Shown here: positions 55,325-55,569 of the stretch, in pieces
Layout of the letters: each line of letters opens with the position of its first letter
Numbering within the stretch: the first letter of the stretch is position 1
IMG/VR virus record: IMGVR_UViG_3300044644_002107
Coordinates: 1 to 55,569 of that record
From: a virus
Taxonomy: Duplodnaviria > Caudoviricetes
Length of the DNA: 55,569 nucleotides
Strand: one strand, 5' to 3'
The notes under the pieces: generated by a model
What the model saw: only the letters and a program-made list of their open reading frames with translations
The model's database searches: none
What the model was told of the DNA's origin: nothing
Program-made: the position numbers and the translations under genes

Positions 55325-55569
55325 TCAGATGACTTCAGTCTCCGTTGGAGTTGGAGTTGGAGTTGGAGGAACCTCGGTCTCTGTTGGAGTTGGAGTTGGA
55401 GGAACCTCGGTCTCTGTTGGAGTTGGAGTTGGAGTTGGAGGAACCTCGGTCTCTGTTGGAGTTGGAGTTGGAGGAACCTCAGTTGCTGTTGGAGTTGGAG
55501 TTGGAGGAACCTCAGTTGCTGTTGGAGTTGGAGTTGGAGGAACCTCAGTTGCTGTTGGAGTTGGAGTTG
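55325..55569 (-). CDS. 3' end of a gene encoding a pure mucin-like tail ([22 protein letters not shown])n
   Basis: Open frame from the window end to TGA at 55327-55325; about 33-bp tandem repeats; followed by a terminator. Confidence 0.8.
   Translation of the reverse strand, partial: TPTPTATEVPPTPTPTATEVPPTPTPTATEVPPTPTPTETEVPPTPTPTPTETEVPPTPTPTETEVPPTPTPTPTETEVI

Noticed and set aside
55334-55569. (GGAGTT)n telomere-like or satellite-like repeat
   Set aside because: It reads as an open Pro-Thr frame on the minus strand, ending in a stop and a terminator.

Overview
This AT-rich 55.6 kb window is part of a large T4-like (myovirus-type) dsDNA bacteriophage genome, read in the standard genetic code. 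It carries a rearranged head/neck module: portal gp20, neck gp13 and gp14, head-completion gp4, protease gp21, a gp67-like core protein, scaffold gp22, major capsid gp23 and a GroES-like co-chaperonin. Two arrays of modular fibre or virion-decoration genes lie at 7.4-16.9 kb and 39.5-55.6 kb. Three carbohydrate-enzyme clusters supply seven predicted glycosyltransferases plus a PIG-L deacetylase, an AsnB-type amidotransferase, a nucleotide-sugar dehydrogenase and an epimerase. A small QueD-like / kinase / TGT-fold cassette sits next to the clamp-loader gp62. The most interesting candidate system is a phage-encoded mucin-type protein O-glycosylation pathway. It would combine a GT60-family polypeptide GlcNAc-transferase and elongating GTs with Pro/Thr mucin-like tracts grafted onto gp13 and other proteins, and possibly a recurrent [L/I/V]-S-[A/G/S] motif in virion proteins. 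Promoter placement suggests that most mRNAs are leaderless or nearly so. All product calls come from motif recognition by eye; no database search was run. No tRNA, rRNA, CRISPR array or mobile element was seen.
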